DNA of 64,000 nt from Bacteroidaceae bacterium (GTDB taxonomy: Bacteria; Bacteroidota; Bacteroidia; Bacteroidales; Bacteroidaceae). The stretch spans positions 47,221 to 111,220 of the forward strand of contig JAFYAT010000102.1 in assembly GCA_017540585.1 (NCBI GenBank), in the 5' to 3' direction. Position numbers and translations under genes: made by a program. The notes under the pieces are model-generated. The model was not told the origin of the DNA. It made no database searches and saw only the letters and a program-made list of their open reading frames with translations. How positions within the stretch are numbered: position 1 is the first letter of the stretch; every line of letters starts with the position of its first letter. Positions 40,956 to 49,204 of this stretch are shown one piece after another.

Positions 40956-41069
40956 TAAAAATTCGAGCCAACACAAATGCAAATGCACATTTTTTTGACT
41001 AATACTTAGAAAGTAATTGAAAAAACGCGCCGTTTTTGCTCCCCATAATGGATATTTCCTGTACAGCCG

Positions 41070-41210
41070 TCCGACGCTTTTCCGTTCGTTCTCCGATGTT
41101 TCTCCGTTCATTCTCCGTCGATTGTCCGTCGATTGTCCGTTCATTCTCCGTCGTTTCTCCGTTCAGGAACGGAGGTAGAACGGAGAATGAACGGAGAAAC
41201 ATCGGAGAAC
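41070..41210. repeat. Palindromic 11-bp-register array (unit TTCTCCGTTCA) containing a perfect 31-bp inverted repeat
   Basis: TCCG recurs every 11 bp from 41070 to 41158 (9 times). The inverted form CGGA occurs at 41170, 41181, 41192 and 41203. The symmetry centre lies at 41165/41166 (TCCGTTC-AG-GAACGGA). 41088-41118 is the exact reverse complement of 41180-41210. Confidence 0.92.
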
Positions 41211-41237
41211 CTTTGACAAACCATAAGACAAGAGAGG

Positions 41238-41735
41238 TCACGAGAGAGAGTTAAGTTCGATGACCTCGAGGTCCTTAATCTCCGCTCCATCAATTACGAA
41301 ACGTACAAGCGTGCGAACCTTGTGAAAGCCAGACATCCCAGCTGCTCCCGGATTGACATGGAGGCAACCAAGATTCTTGTCATACATCACCTTGAGCAGA
41401 TGCGAATGTCCGCTAATGAACAGCTTAGGAGGATTGGCAAACAACATACGACGTACAGATGCATCATACTTTCCCGGATAGCCACCGATATGTTTCAGAA
41501 GCACATCAACGTCCTCACACTTGAAACGGAGAATCTCAGGAAAACGGTACCTCATGTCCGTATCGTCGATATTACCATAGACGGCACGGAGCAAGGCGAT
41601 TTCCGAAAGACGGTCTGCTACCTCCATAGAGCCTATGTCGCCAGCATGCCATATCTCGTCACACTCAGAGAAATACTTTTCGTATCTATCATCCCAATAT
41701 GAATGAGTATCTGATATAAGTCCTATTTTTTTCAT
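41238..41735 (-). CDS. YfcE/MJ0936-family metallophosphoesterase
   Basis: 165 aa. Motifs LISDTH, HAGDI, GNID and SGHSH. Confidence 0.9.
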   Translation of the reverse strand: MKKIGLISDTHSYWDDRYEKYFSECDEIWHAGDIGSMEVADRLSEIALLRAVYGNIDDTDMRYRFPEILRFKCEDVDVLLKHIGGYPGKYDASVRRMLFANPPKLFISGHSHLLKVMYDKNLGCLHVNPGAAGMSGFHKVRTLVRFVIDGAEIKDLEVIELNSLS

Positions 41736-41757
41736 TTATTTACATCACATTTATCTG

Positions 41758-41765
41758 CAAAGTTA
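41758..41765 (-). promoter_or_regulatory. Candidate -7 box (TAACTTTG on the minus strand) for the phosphoesterase gene
   Basis: The plus strand CAAAGTTA lies 23 nt upstream of the ATG at 41735. Confidence 0.5.
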
Positions 41766-41818
41766 TATAAAAAATTATAATTATTCTGAAATCATATCAA
41801 CGAGATACAAAAATGATG

Positions 41819-41826
41819 TATATTTG
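41819..41826 (+). promoter_or_regulatory. Candidate -7 box TATATTTG for the 41849 / MscS-like operon
   Basis: Matches TAnnTTTG. It lies 23 nt upstream of the ATG at 41849. Confidence 0.5.
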
Positions 41827-41848
41827 CAACGGATTAGTATGAAACGAT

Positions 41849-42448
41849 ATGACAGAAGAAGAAATAAGCAAAAGGGAAAAGCCCAATATCGACACGAGTA
41901 GCGCAAGCGGTATTGCGCACCTGCTGGTGCTATTTCTGTGGGTATTGCTCAAGAAGTCACTACGCTTCATACTAAAATGCATAATATTGTTTTTCTACTA
42001 CATCTACAAGGGCATCAAGTGGCTCATATCGTGGTGGAAAGACGGCAACACCAAAGCAAAGAGAGAAATACTGTGGACAAAAATTAAGCGCCTCAGCAGA
42101 TTCATCTTCAAATGGATTTGCAAGGGCATAGCTGCCATAGTGTTCGGTATAATATGGGCATCGAAGAATACCTTCCACGGCTTGCTGCATCTCAGAACTA
42201 CGATAGCATACCTCGCACGAAGGATTCACGAAGGGTTCACGAAGCTTCGCCAGAAAGATTTCAAGGCGATTATAAAGGCTAAAAGCGAAACAATAAAGCA
42301 GTCGCTCACAGAGTTCGTCTCTGAAGAGAACAAGACCACCAACGAAAATACGGAAAGCGAGGAAGACCTCCTTCGCGAATTGAAAGAAAACAAAAAAGAA
42401 AACAACGCATTTGAGAATGCGGTAGAACGATTTACAAAATATTTATGA
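41849..42448 (+). CDS. Hypothetical small membrane protein, translationally coupled to the MscS-like gene
   Basis: 199 aa. Two to three hydrophobic segments rich in W/K/I, then a charged C-terminal half. Its stop overlaps the next start (ATGA at 42445-42448). No family recognised. Confidence 0.5.
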   Translation: MTEEEISKREKPNIDTSSASGIAHLLVLFLWVLLKKSLRFILKCIILFFYYIYKGIKWLISWWKDGNTKAKREILWTKIKRLSRFIFKWICKGIAAIVFGIIWASKNTFHGLLHLRTTIAYLARRIHEGFTKLRQKDFKAIIKAKSETIKQSLTEFVSEENKTTNENTESEEDLLRELKENKKENNAFENAVERFTKYL

Positions 42449-45048
42449 AAAGATATTTCATAACACTCATCATTCTGGTATGTACTGTGATGCAGTCGCA
42501 TGCCGTACTGAAGGAGAAAGACCTCAGCAGAACCATCGGATGTCTGAAACTTGAATTGCGTAACAACCACATCAAGCAGCGTGACTTCATGGACAGACTT
42601 GAGTCACAACAGAAGTTACAGCATGCCAAGCTCGTGGACTATATGCAGAGAAGTGAGCAGATTGGTCTCATGCTTTACTCACAGAAGAACGACTTCATGT
42701 TCGATATGGCATACGCCTGTCAGCAGGCGTCGTTGCTGTACCACGAGATGAACAGAACCAACATGCCATACGACGAGTACAGAGAGAACATTCTCCGTGA
42801 AGTGGCACGTTACGACAGCCTCATACTCGTACTCCAGCAGCTGCCACCTGCCATAGGTAGAGGCAAAAAGGAACTCACGGCAGCCGACACTCTCCTCCTA
42901 AAAATTGAGGCTGAGAAAGGTAACGAAAATGCTGACGATGACATATACATCCTTACAAAAGAAGAGCAGAAGGACAGAGAAATGTGCATTATACATGCCA
43001 AGTCATTGCGTAACAACATGCTGCGCATCCTCAATACTCTGACCAAGGACAAGCAATACTACGACAACGTAAACAACAAAGTGGAACGTCTGAAGAAGTA
43101 TGCAGACTTCAGATACAAGATTATACAGAAACAGATATTCAAGAAGGGAGACTCTAACTATTTCAAGTTCCTGTCAAGTCTCCCAAGGACATGGGAAAGG
43201 ATAAAGAATGACTTCGCCGACAAATACAGTCCTCTCAACAAGAATGACCGCAGATATTCACAATGGAGAGGTCCACAGGTCATCTTTGTCAGCTTTGCAA
43301 TGATATTCTATCTCTTGATAGCATCCATCATCAGCAACATCATTCTCAGGTGGATAGTTCCAAAGAAATACAGAACCGAGAGCTACAAGAAGAAGCGTCA
43401 CGCATATATCCTCTCTCTCGGTATCATCATCTTCAGTATCGCGCTCATCGTCATACAGAACACATTTGCAGAGAATAGTCTTATCACGATGGCAACCAAG
43501 TTGATGCTCAACATGACATGGCTCATGATTGTTGTAATCGCTTCGTTGCTCATACGACTTGACGGTGACCAGATAAAGGCAGGAGTACGAATGTACGAGC
43601 CTTTCATGGCACTGGCATTTGTGGTTATACTCTTCCGTATAATCCTCATACCAAACCAGTTGCTCAACCTCGTATTCCCACCAATCATGCTGTTGTTCAC
43701 AATCTGGCAGATACTTATAGCACGCAAGACACGCAAGAACGTACCTATGTCAGACAAGTTCTACAACATCATCTCACTCTTCACCATCATCAGTTCATGC
43801 TTCATCTCATGGATAGGATACACCATGCTTGCCGTACAAGTGACAATATGGTGGACATTCCAGCTTGCAGCAATACAGACGATAACATGTCTATATGACC
43901 TCATGGAGATGTACGAGAACAAGTATCTCGTAAAGCGTATCATGCGTAAGGAACATCACGGCGACGCAAGCATAGCAGAAGAGCAGATAGCAAAGAAGAT
44001 GCATGACGGCGACTATGTTCAGCACACATGGATATATGACCTCGTGAACAGAGCCATCGTACCTATACTTGGAGTGCTCTCCGTACTCCTCAGCATCGTC
44101 TTTGCTGCCGACACATTCGAGATGGTGGCAATATGCAAGGACATCTTCACAAAGGAACTTGTGAACGCTCCAGACGTAATCAAGATTTCGCTTGACAAGA
44201 TATGCCTTATTACGGCTCTGTTCTTCGTGTTCCGTTATCTGAACTACACCATCCGCTCATTCTACTATCAGTATAAGAAAGCAAAGATAAGAGAGCAGGA
44301 GAACGAGGACGAGGGCAACAAGCAGACAAGGAATGACTTCAACAAGACGCTTATACGCAACGTAGTCGCAATAACCGTATGGGGCATGTACACCATTATT
44401 ACGATGATACTCCTTGAGATTCCTAAGGACGGTATAAAGGTCGTATCAGCAGGTCTTGCAACAGGTATGGGTTTTGCCATGAAGGATTTGCTCGAGAACT
44501 TCTTCTATGGTATCTCACTCATGACAGGACGACTCCGTGTGGGCGACTATATAGAGTGTGACGGTGTACAGGGAAAGGTTGACAGCATCACATATCAGAG
44601 CACACAGATTGCAGCACTCGACGGTTCTGTCATCGCCTTTCTCAATTCAAGTCTCTTCAGCAAGAACTTTAAGAACCTCACACGCAACCACCAGTATGAG
44701 CTTATCAAGATTCCTGTGGGTGTGGCATACGGCACAGACATCACAAAGGTACGTAAGCTCTTGCTTGACGGTCTCCGTCCTCTTGCCACAAAGACCGCAG
44801 ACGGACGTGACATCGTTGACCCAGCAAAGGGCATCAACGTGGTGTTTGCCGACTTCGGAGCAAGTAGTGTTGACCTATTCGTTACACAATGGCTTCTCGT
44901 TGACCAGAAGATATCATATCAGGCAAAGGCAAAGGAGGCAATCTACAATATCCTGAACGAAAATCACATTGAGATACCATTCCCACAGCAGGATATCTAC
45001 ATCAGGAACATCACAAGCGAAAATACATCCTTAAACGAATTAAAATAG
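42445..45048 (+). CDS. Large mechanosensitive ion channel family protein (MscS/MscK-type)
   Basis: 867 aa. Signal peptide, a periplasmic coiled region, multiple TM segments, and an MscS core (GISLMTGRLRVGDYIECDGVQGKVDSITYQSTQIAALDGSVIAFLNSSLF). Confidence 0.85.
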   Translation: MKRYFITLIILVCTVMQSHAVLKEKDLSRTIGCLKLELRNNHIKQRDFMDRLESQQKLQHAKLVDYMQRSEQIGLMLYSQKNDFMFDMAYACQQASLLYHEMNRTNMPYDEYRENILREVARYDSLILVLQQLPPAIGRGKKELTAADTLLLKIEAEKGNENADDDIYILTKEEQKDREMCIIHAKSLRNNMLRILNTLTKDKQYYDNVNNKVERLKKYADFRYKIIQKQIFKKGDSNYFKFLSSLPRTWERIKNDFADKYSPLNKNDRRYSQWRGPQVIFVSFAMIFYLLIASIISNIILRWIVPKKYRTESYKKKRHAYILSLGIIIFSIALIVIQNTFAENSLITMATKLMLNMTWLMIVVIASLLIRLDGDQIKAGVRMYEPFMALAFVVILFRIILIPNQLLNLVFPPIMLLFTIWQILIARKTRKNVPMSDKFYNIISLFTIISSCFISWIGYTMLAVQVTIWWTFQLAAIQTITCLYDLMEMYENKYLVKRIMRKEHHGDASIAEEQIAKKMHDGDYVQHTWIYDLVNRAIVPILGVLSVLLSIVFAADTFEMVAICKDIFTKELVNAPDVIKISLDKICLITALFFVFRYLNYTIRSFYYQYKKAKIREQENEDEGNKQTRNDFNKTLIRNVVAITVWGMYTIITMILLEIPKDGIKVVSAGLATGMGFAMKDLLENFFYGISLMTGRLRVGDYIECDGVQGKVDSITYQSTQIAALDGSVIAFLNSSLFSKNFKNLTRNHQYELIKIPVGVAYGTDITKVRKLLLDGLRPLATKTADGRDIVDPAKGINVVFADFGASSVDLFVTQWLLVDQKISYQAKAKEAIYNILNENHIEIPFPQQDIYIRNITSENTSLNELK

Positions 45049-45133
45049 GCAAATTTCGGAGACAAAAACAAAAAAATCGCATGTAAGCGAGAAAAAAAGT
45101 GCCAAAAGTAAACGACGATAACAAAAAAAGTAT

Positions 45134-45141
45134 TACTTTTG
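45134..45141 (+). promoter_or_regulatory. Candidate -7 box TACTTTTG for the TonB gene
   Basis: It lies 37 nt upstream of the ATG at 45178 and overlaps the TTG start used by the ORF track (45139), which argues against that start. Confidence 0.5.
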
Positions 45142-45177
45142 CCACAAAACGTAGAATTCATAATAAAAAACAACAAT

Positions 45178-45894
45178 ATGGAAGTAAAGAAATCTAAAAA
45201 AGCCGACCTTGAAGGTCAGAAAGGCACAAGCCTGCTTATAGGCTATGTGGTGAGCCTTGCTGCCATGTTCGCTGCATTCGAGTGGACAACACACGAGTAC
45301 AGAGAGCTTGAAAAGCCAGTTGCGCAAGTGTCATACGCAGTTGAAGAGGAAATCGTGCCAATCACACAGCCAGTCTTCGCTAACACACCTCCACCACCAG
45401 CAGATGCTCCACAGGTAGCAGAAATTCTCGACATCGTGGACAACGAGACTGAGATTGAAGATGCACGTATCGAGACTGCCGAGGATACAAACATTGCTGT
45501 TTCTGGTCCTTCTTCTCCACACTCAGGTCCTGTTATGATGGGTCCTCCAGCTCCAGTAGCAGAAGAGAATGACGAAGGTGAGGTCTTCGATGTTGTAGAA
45601 GAGAACCCTTCATTCCCAGGTGGTGACGCTGCTCTTATGACTTGGTTGCAGAAGAACCTTAAGTATCCTGCAGCTGCACAGGAGAATGGTATTCAGGGTC
45701 GTGTACTCGTATCATTCATCGTAAACAAGGACGGTTCTATCGTTGAGCCAAAGATCATCCGTTCAGTTGACCCATCACTCGATAAGGAGGCTGCTCGTGT
45801 TGTATCTTCAATGCCACGTTGGAAGCCAGGTAAGCAGCGCGGAAAGGCAGTACGTGTAAAGTACACACTCCCTGTTACATTCCGTCTCCAGTAA
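45178..45894 (+). CDS. tonB: TonB-family energy transducer
   Basis: N-terminal TM anchor, a Pro-rich linker (PPPPADAPQ...GPPAPV), and a TonB_C domain (NPSFPGGDAALMTWLQKNLKYPAAAQENGIQGRVLVSFIVNKDGSI...RWKPGKQRGKAVRVKYTLPVTF). The start is taken at MEVKKSKK. Confidence 0.85.
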   Translation: MEVKKSKKADLEGQKGTSLLIGYVVSLAAMFAAFEWTTHEYRELEKPVAQVSYAVEEEIVPITQPVFANTPPPPADAPQVAEILDIVDNETEIEDARIETAEDTNIAVSGPSSPHSGPVMMGPPAPVAEENDEGEVFDVVEENPSFPGGDAALMTWLQKNLKYPAAAQENGIQGRVLVSFIVNKDGSIVEPKIIRSVDPSLDKEAARVVSSMPRWKPGKQRGKAVRVKYTLPVTFRLQ

Positions 45895-45928
45895 TAAGAT
45901 TATATTTATAAAATATTTACTGATATAA

Positions 45929-45965
45929 ATGCCGCATAATCACAACTGGTTATGCGGCATTTTTT
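45929..45965 (+). terminator. Rho-independent terminator of the TonB gene
   Basis: ATGCCGCATAA (45929-45939) pairs with TTATGCGGCAT (45950-45960), followed by TTTTT (45961-45965). Confidence 0.8.
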
Positions 45966-45966
45966 A

Positions 45967-46005
45967 GACCCTCTCCCAGGTCCTCCCCCTCTATGGGGAG
46001 GGGGC
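45967..46005 (-). repeat. GC-rich REP-like palindromic element, copy C (inverted relative to copy D)
   Basis: GACCCTCTCCCAGGTCCTCCCCCTCTATGGGGAGGGGGC. Its reverse complement closely matches copy D. Confidence 0.85.
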
Positions 46006-46046
46006 AAATTACACAGAACGCAAAAAATGGCGAACATTGTAACCGT

Positions 46047-46085
46047 CTCCCTCCCCATAGAGGGGGAGGGCTGGGGAGAGGGTCC
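46047..46085 (+). repeat. GC-rich REP-like palindromic element, copy D
   Basis: CTCCCTCCCCATAGAGGGGGAGGGCTGGGGAGAGGGTCC followed by TTTTTT. The internal hairpin is CCCTCCCC-ATAGA-GGGGAGGG. Confidence 0.85.
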
Positions 46086-46101
46086 TTTTTTATTGTTTCC
46101 T

Positions 46102-47094
46102 ATGTATTCATTTAAAGAGTTAACAGACAAAGTAAATAGGTATATAGAGTCCAATCCATACAAGCAGGAGCCACAAGGACTCTATGAACCAATAAACTAC
46201 ATCCTATCACTCGGAGGCAAACGAGTGAGACCAGTACTCATGCTTATGGCATACAATCTGTACAAGAACGATGTAGATACAATACTTGAAAATGCTATAG
46301 CAGTAGAAACATACCACAACTTCACTCTGCTCCATGATGACCTTATGGACAAGTCCGACCTACGCAGAGGTAACCAGACAGTCCACAAAAAATGGGACGA
46401 GAACACAGCCATACTGTCTGGTGACACCATGCTTATTCTCGCATACAAGTTATTTGCTGAGTCATGCACAAAGAACGGAGAACCAAGTGCCACTATACCC
46501 GCTGCACTCAAGACATTCCTTGAGATAACGCTCGGAGTATGTGACGGTCAACAGTATGACATGGAGTTCGAGAAACGCAACAACGTCACAGAGTCAGAGT
46601 ACATGGAAATGATTCGTCTCAAGACATCTGTACTCCTTGCCGGCGCAATCAAGATTGGCGCACAACTTGCAAATGCCACAGAGCATGACGCAAACCTGCT
46701 CTATGACTTCGGAGAAAAAATCGGTCTCGCATTCCAGTTGCAGGATGATGTCCTCGATGTATATGGAGACACGAAGGTTTTCCAAAAGAAATTAGGAGCA
46801 GACATCGTTGACAACAAGAAGACATACCTCCTTATCAAGGCACTTGAGAGAGCCGAAGGTAAGGACAAGGAAGAGCTTCTGAATTGGATTAGCAGTACAA
46901 ACTTTGACTCTAACAAGAAAATTGCAGCCGTAAAAGCTATCTACGACAAAGTAAACATTAAGGAGATTACCGACGAGCGCATCAACCAGCTATTTGCAGA
47001 AGCCATCAACAGTCTCAAGAGTGTGAATGTGGATGAAAGCAAGAAAGTTGCACTCTACGAGTTTGCAAATAAACTGCTAAATAGAAAATACTAA
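46102..47094 (+). CDS. Polyprenyl diphosphate synthase (trans-isoprenyl diphosphate synthase family)
   Basis: 330 aa from MYSFKELTDK. Two DDxxD motifs (LLHDDLMDKSD, QLQDDVLDVYG). The track ORF start at 45952 would translate the terminator and REP elements, so it is rejected. Confidence 0.9.
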   Translation: MYSFKELTDKVNRYIESNPYKQEPQGLYEPINYILSLGGKRVRPVLMLMAYNLYKNDVDTILENAIAVETYHNFTLLHDDLMDKSDLRRGNQTVHKKWDENTAILSGDTMLILAYKLFAESCTKNGEPSATIPAALKTFLEITLGVCDGQQYDMEFEKRNNVTESEYMEMIRLKTSVLLAGAIKIGAQLANATEHDANLLYDFGEKIGLAFQLQDDVLDVYGDTKVFQKKLGADIVDNKKTYLLIKALERAEGKDKEELLNWISSTNFDSNKKIAAVKAIYDKVNIKEITDERINQLFAEAINSLKSVNVDESKKVALYEFANKLLNRKY

Positions 47095-47097
47095 TCA

Positions 47098-47913
47098 ATG
47101 ATTGATACTCACTCACACATCGACGGTCCCGAGTTTGCAGACGACCTCGATGAAACGATACAGAGAGCCAAGGACGAAGGTGTAAAATGCATCTTCATCC
47201 CTGGCATTTGTCTCAAGGACACGCCACATATTTTTGAACTCTGCAAGAAATACGAAGGATACTTGTACCCTATGATTGGACTTCACCCTGAGAACATAAT
47301 GGATGAAGACTATCACTATGTGCTTGACGAAATGGAGAAGATGCTCAAAAATATGCTTGCAGATGAGTCATGTACCACAAAGCCTATTGCCGTAGGCGAA
47401 GTGGGCATCGACCTCTATTGGGACGACACGCACAAGACAGAGCAGATTGAAGTCTTTGAAAAGCAGATTATATGGGCAGAGAAATACGACTTACCACTCA
47501 TGATACATTCACGTAATGCCCACAAGGAGCTTATGGAAGTGATGGAGAGGCACAGAGCATCCAATCTCAAAGGCGTATTTCATTGCTTCAGCGGAACAGC
47601 AGAAGAAGCAAAGGATTTGCTTTCTTTCCCAGGCTTCATGCTTGGCATAGGAGGCGTGTGTACATTCAAGAAATCGACACTCCCAGAAGTCTTAAAAGAG
47701 TGTATCCCAATGGATAGAATCGTACTCGAAACAGACTCTCCATACCTCGCACCAGTACCAAACAGAGGCAAGAGGAACGAAAGCGCATTCTTAACGCACA
47801 TTGTTGATAAACTCTCACAGGTTTACGGCATAGAAAAGCCCGTTTTGATGCTACAAACAGAAGAAAATGTAGTCAAAGTATTCTCAAAATGCAGTTTTTT
47901 CAATAAAAAATGA
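47098..47913 (+). CDS. TatD-family metal-dependent hydrolase
   Basis: 271 aa. Motifs IDTHSHID, GEVGIDLYW, IHSRNA and ETDSPYLAP. Confidence 0.9.
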   Translation: MIDTHSHIDGPEFADDLDETIQRAKDEGVKCIFIPGICLKDTPHIFELCKKYEGYLYPMIGLHPENIMDEDYHYVLDEMEKMLKNMLADESCTTKPIAVGEVGIDLYWDDTHKTEQIEVFEKQIIWAEKYDLPLMIHSRNAHKELMEVMERHRASNLKGVFHCFSGTAEEAKDLLSFPGFMLGIGGVCTFKKSTLPEVLKECIPMDRIVLETDSPYLAPVPNRGKRNESAFLTHIVDKLSQVYGIEKPVLMLQTEENVVKVFSKCSFFNKK

Positions 47914-48021
47914 AAGTTTCTGTCTTTTTAGAATACTTCCAATTAAAAAAATCATTATTTTTGTCGTGATTTATTGAAGTCATTCGACAAAATAGGTGTA
48001 TCTTCGCCAAAAATATTTTTC

Positions 48022-48109
48022 GGAGAGATGCTCGAGTGGCTGAAGAGGCACGCCTGGAAAGCGTGTAAGCGTCAAAAGCGCTTCGGGGGTTCGAATCCCC
48101 CTCTCTCCG
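48022..48109 (+). tRNA. tRNA-Ser, anticodon GGA
   Basis: Acceptor stem GGAGAGA/TCTCTCC, a 3-bp D stem, anticodon stem CACGC/GCGTG with loop CTGGAAA, a long variable arm (class II), T arm GGGGG-TTCGAAT-CCCCC and discriminator G. CCA is not encoded. Confidence 0.9.
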
Positions 48110-48188
48110 CAGGAGAAGTAGGGATGAGAACCCAAGGGTTCGTTATCGCTTGCGCTTTCGCAGAAAGAATCCCCCTCTCTCCGCAGGA
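48093..48188 (+). repeat. 22-bp direct repeat of the tRNA-Ser 3' end
   Basis: GAATCCCCCTCTCTCCGCAGGA occurs at 48093-48114 (T arm plus acceptor 3' strand plus 5 nt) and again at 48167-48188. The copies are separated by 52 nt that contain the GAACCC-AA-GGGTTC palindrome. Confidence 0.9.
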
Positions 48189-48288
48189 AGAGGAGGATGA
48201 ATAAATACAAAAATAGTGAACAAAAAAATCAAATAAGAAAAAATAACAATTAAATAAAGTATTAATCTTAAAAAATTACGATCACACA

Positions 48289-49113
48289 ATGAAAAAAGTA
48301 TTTGCAATTATTGCGTTGATGGGTGTGTTTACTTTCGGTATGACACAGTCAGTTTCAGCTCAGGACGAAGAGGCAGCTGCAGACAGTGCTGCAACTGAGC
48401 AGGTTGATTCAACAGCAGCAGAGGCTCCAGCTGAGGAAGTTGCTCCAGCAGAGGAAGAAGCTCAGGTTGAGGAGACAGGTTTCTACAAGGGTATTAAGAA
48501 AAAGTTCATCGAAGGTGACGCTGGCTTCATGGCTCTCGTAGCTGTAGCCCTCATCCTCGGTCTTGCATTCTGTATCGAGCGTATCGTTTACCTCTCACTC
48601 TCAAAGGTCAACTCTGTTAAGATGATCGACGCTATCGAGGACGCACTTCTTAACAAGAACGACCTTGAGGCTGCTAAGAACATCGCTCGTGACACTCGTG
48701 GTCCTATCGCTTCAATCTTCTATCAGGGTCTTCTCCGTATGAACGAAGGTGCTGATCAGGTTGAAAAGACAGTTGTTGCTTACGGTGCTGTTCAGGCATC
48801 AGGTCTTGAGAAGAACTGCTCATGGATCACACTCTTCATCGGTATGGCTCCATCTCTCGGATTCCTTGGTACAGTGTTCGGTATGGTACAGGCATTCGAT
48901 GACATCCAGAAGGCTGGTGATATCTCTCCAACAGTCGTAGCAGGTGGTATGAAGGTTGCCCTCTTGACAACAATCTTCGGTATCATTGTTGCCCTCGTTC
49001 TTCAGGTATTCTACAACTACATCCTTGCTGAAATCGAAGGTCTTACTTCTAAGATGGAAGACTCTACAATTTCACTCCTTGATATCGTTGCAAAGTACAA
49101 CCTCAAGAAGTAA
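48289..49113 (+). CDS. exbB: MotA/TolQ/ExbB-family proton channel
   Basis: 274 aa. Signal peptide, an acidic Ala/Glu-rich segment, then three TM segments with the conserved MAPSLGFLGTVFGM and LLTTIFGIIVA regions. Confidence 0.9.
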   Translation: MKKVFAIIALMGVFTFGMTQSVSAQDEEAAADSAATEQVDSTAAEAPAEEVAPAEEEAQVEETGFYKGIKKKFIEGDAGFMALVAVALILGLAFCIERIVYLSLSKVNSVKMIDAIEDALLNKNDLEAAKNIARDTRGPIASIFYQGLLRMNEGADQVEKTVVAYGAVQASGLEKNCSWITLFIGMAPSLGFLGTVFGMVQAFDDIQKAGDISPTVVAGGMKVALLTTIFGIIVALVLQVFYNYILAEIEGLTSKMEDSTISLLDIVAKYNLKK

Positions 49114-49204
49114 TTAATCACTTGGGCGGAGGTGATAAGGACAACAATCAATAACTCACCTTCTAATTAACACATTTATTAATTATTTAAAAGAGGTTTA
49201 TACA

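Noticed and set aside
39784-40974. The longer rfbB start from the ORF track (MLARIFIPLQRNSSKQLKI-MKNIV...).
   Set aside because: A TACCTTTG -7 box lies at 40948-40955, inside the extension. The Rossmann motif begins right after the internal Met. The start is therefore moved to 40917.
40914-41254. Three ORFs (40914-41144, 40999-41241, 41036-41254) translating to periodic peptides such as TENERRNIGE and FSVRSPMFLRS.
   Set aside because: They simply read through the 11-bp tandem array in different frames. The 33-nt (11-aa) periodicity in all frames is a repeat artefact, not coding signal.
45952-46101. A 50-codon N-terminal extension of the polyprenyl synthase ORF. The TTG start at 45139 for tonB is rejected in the same way.
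   Set aside because: The polyprenyl extension begins inside the tonB terminator hairpin and translates two REP-like elements. The tonB TTG overlaps its own candidate -7 box.
47974-48210. Two 76-aa ORFs on opposite strands across 47974-48210.
   Set aside because: They overlap a canonical tRNA-Ser cloverleaf and its duplicated 3' end.
47914-48288. An integrated mobile element or genomic island at tRNA-Ser.
   Set aside because: Only a 22-bp duplication with 52 nt of filler is present. No integrase, excisionase or cargo genes lie on either side. It is kept only as a scar or hotspot hypothesis.
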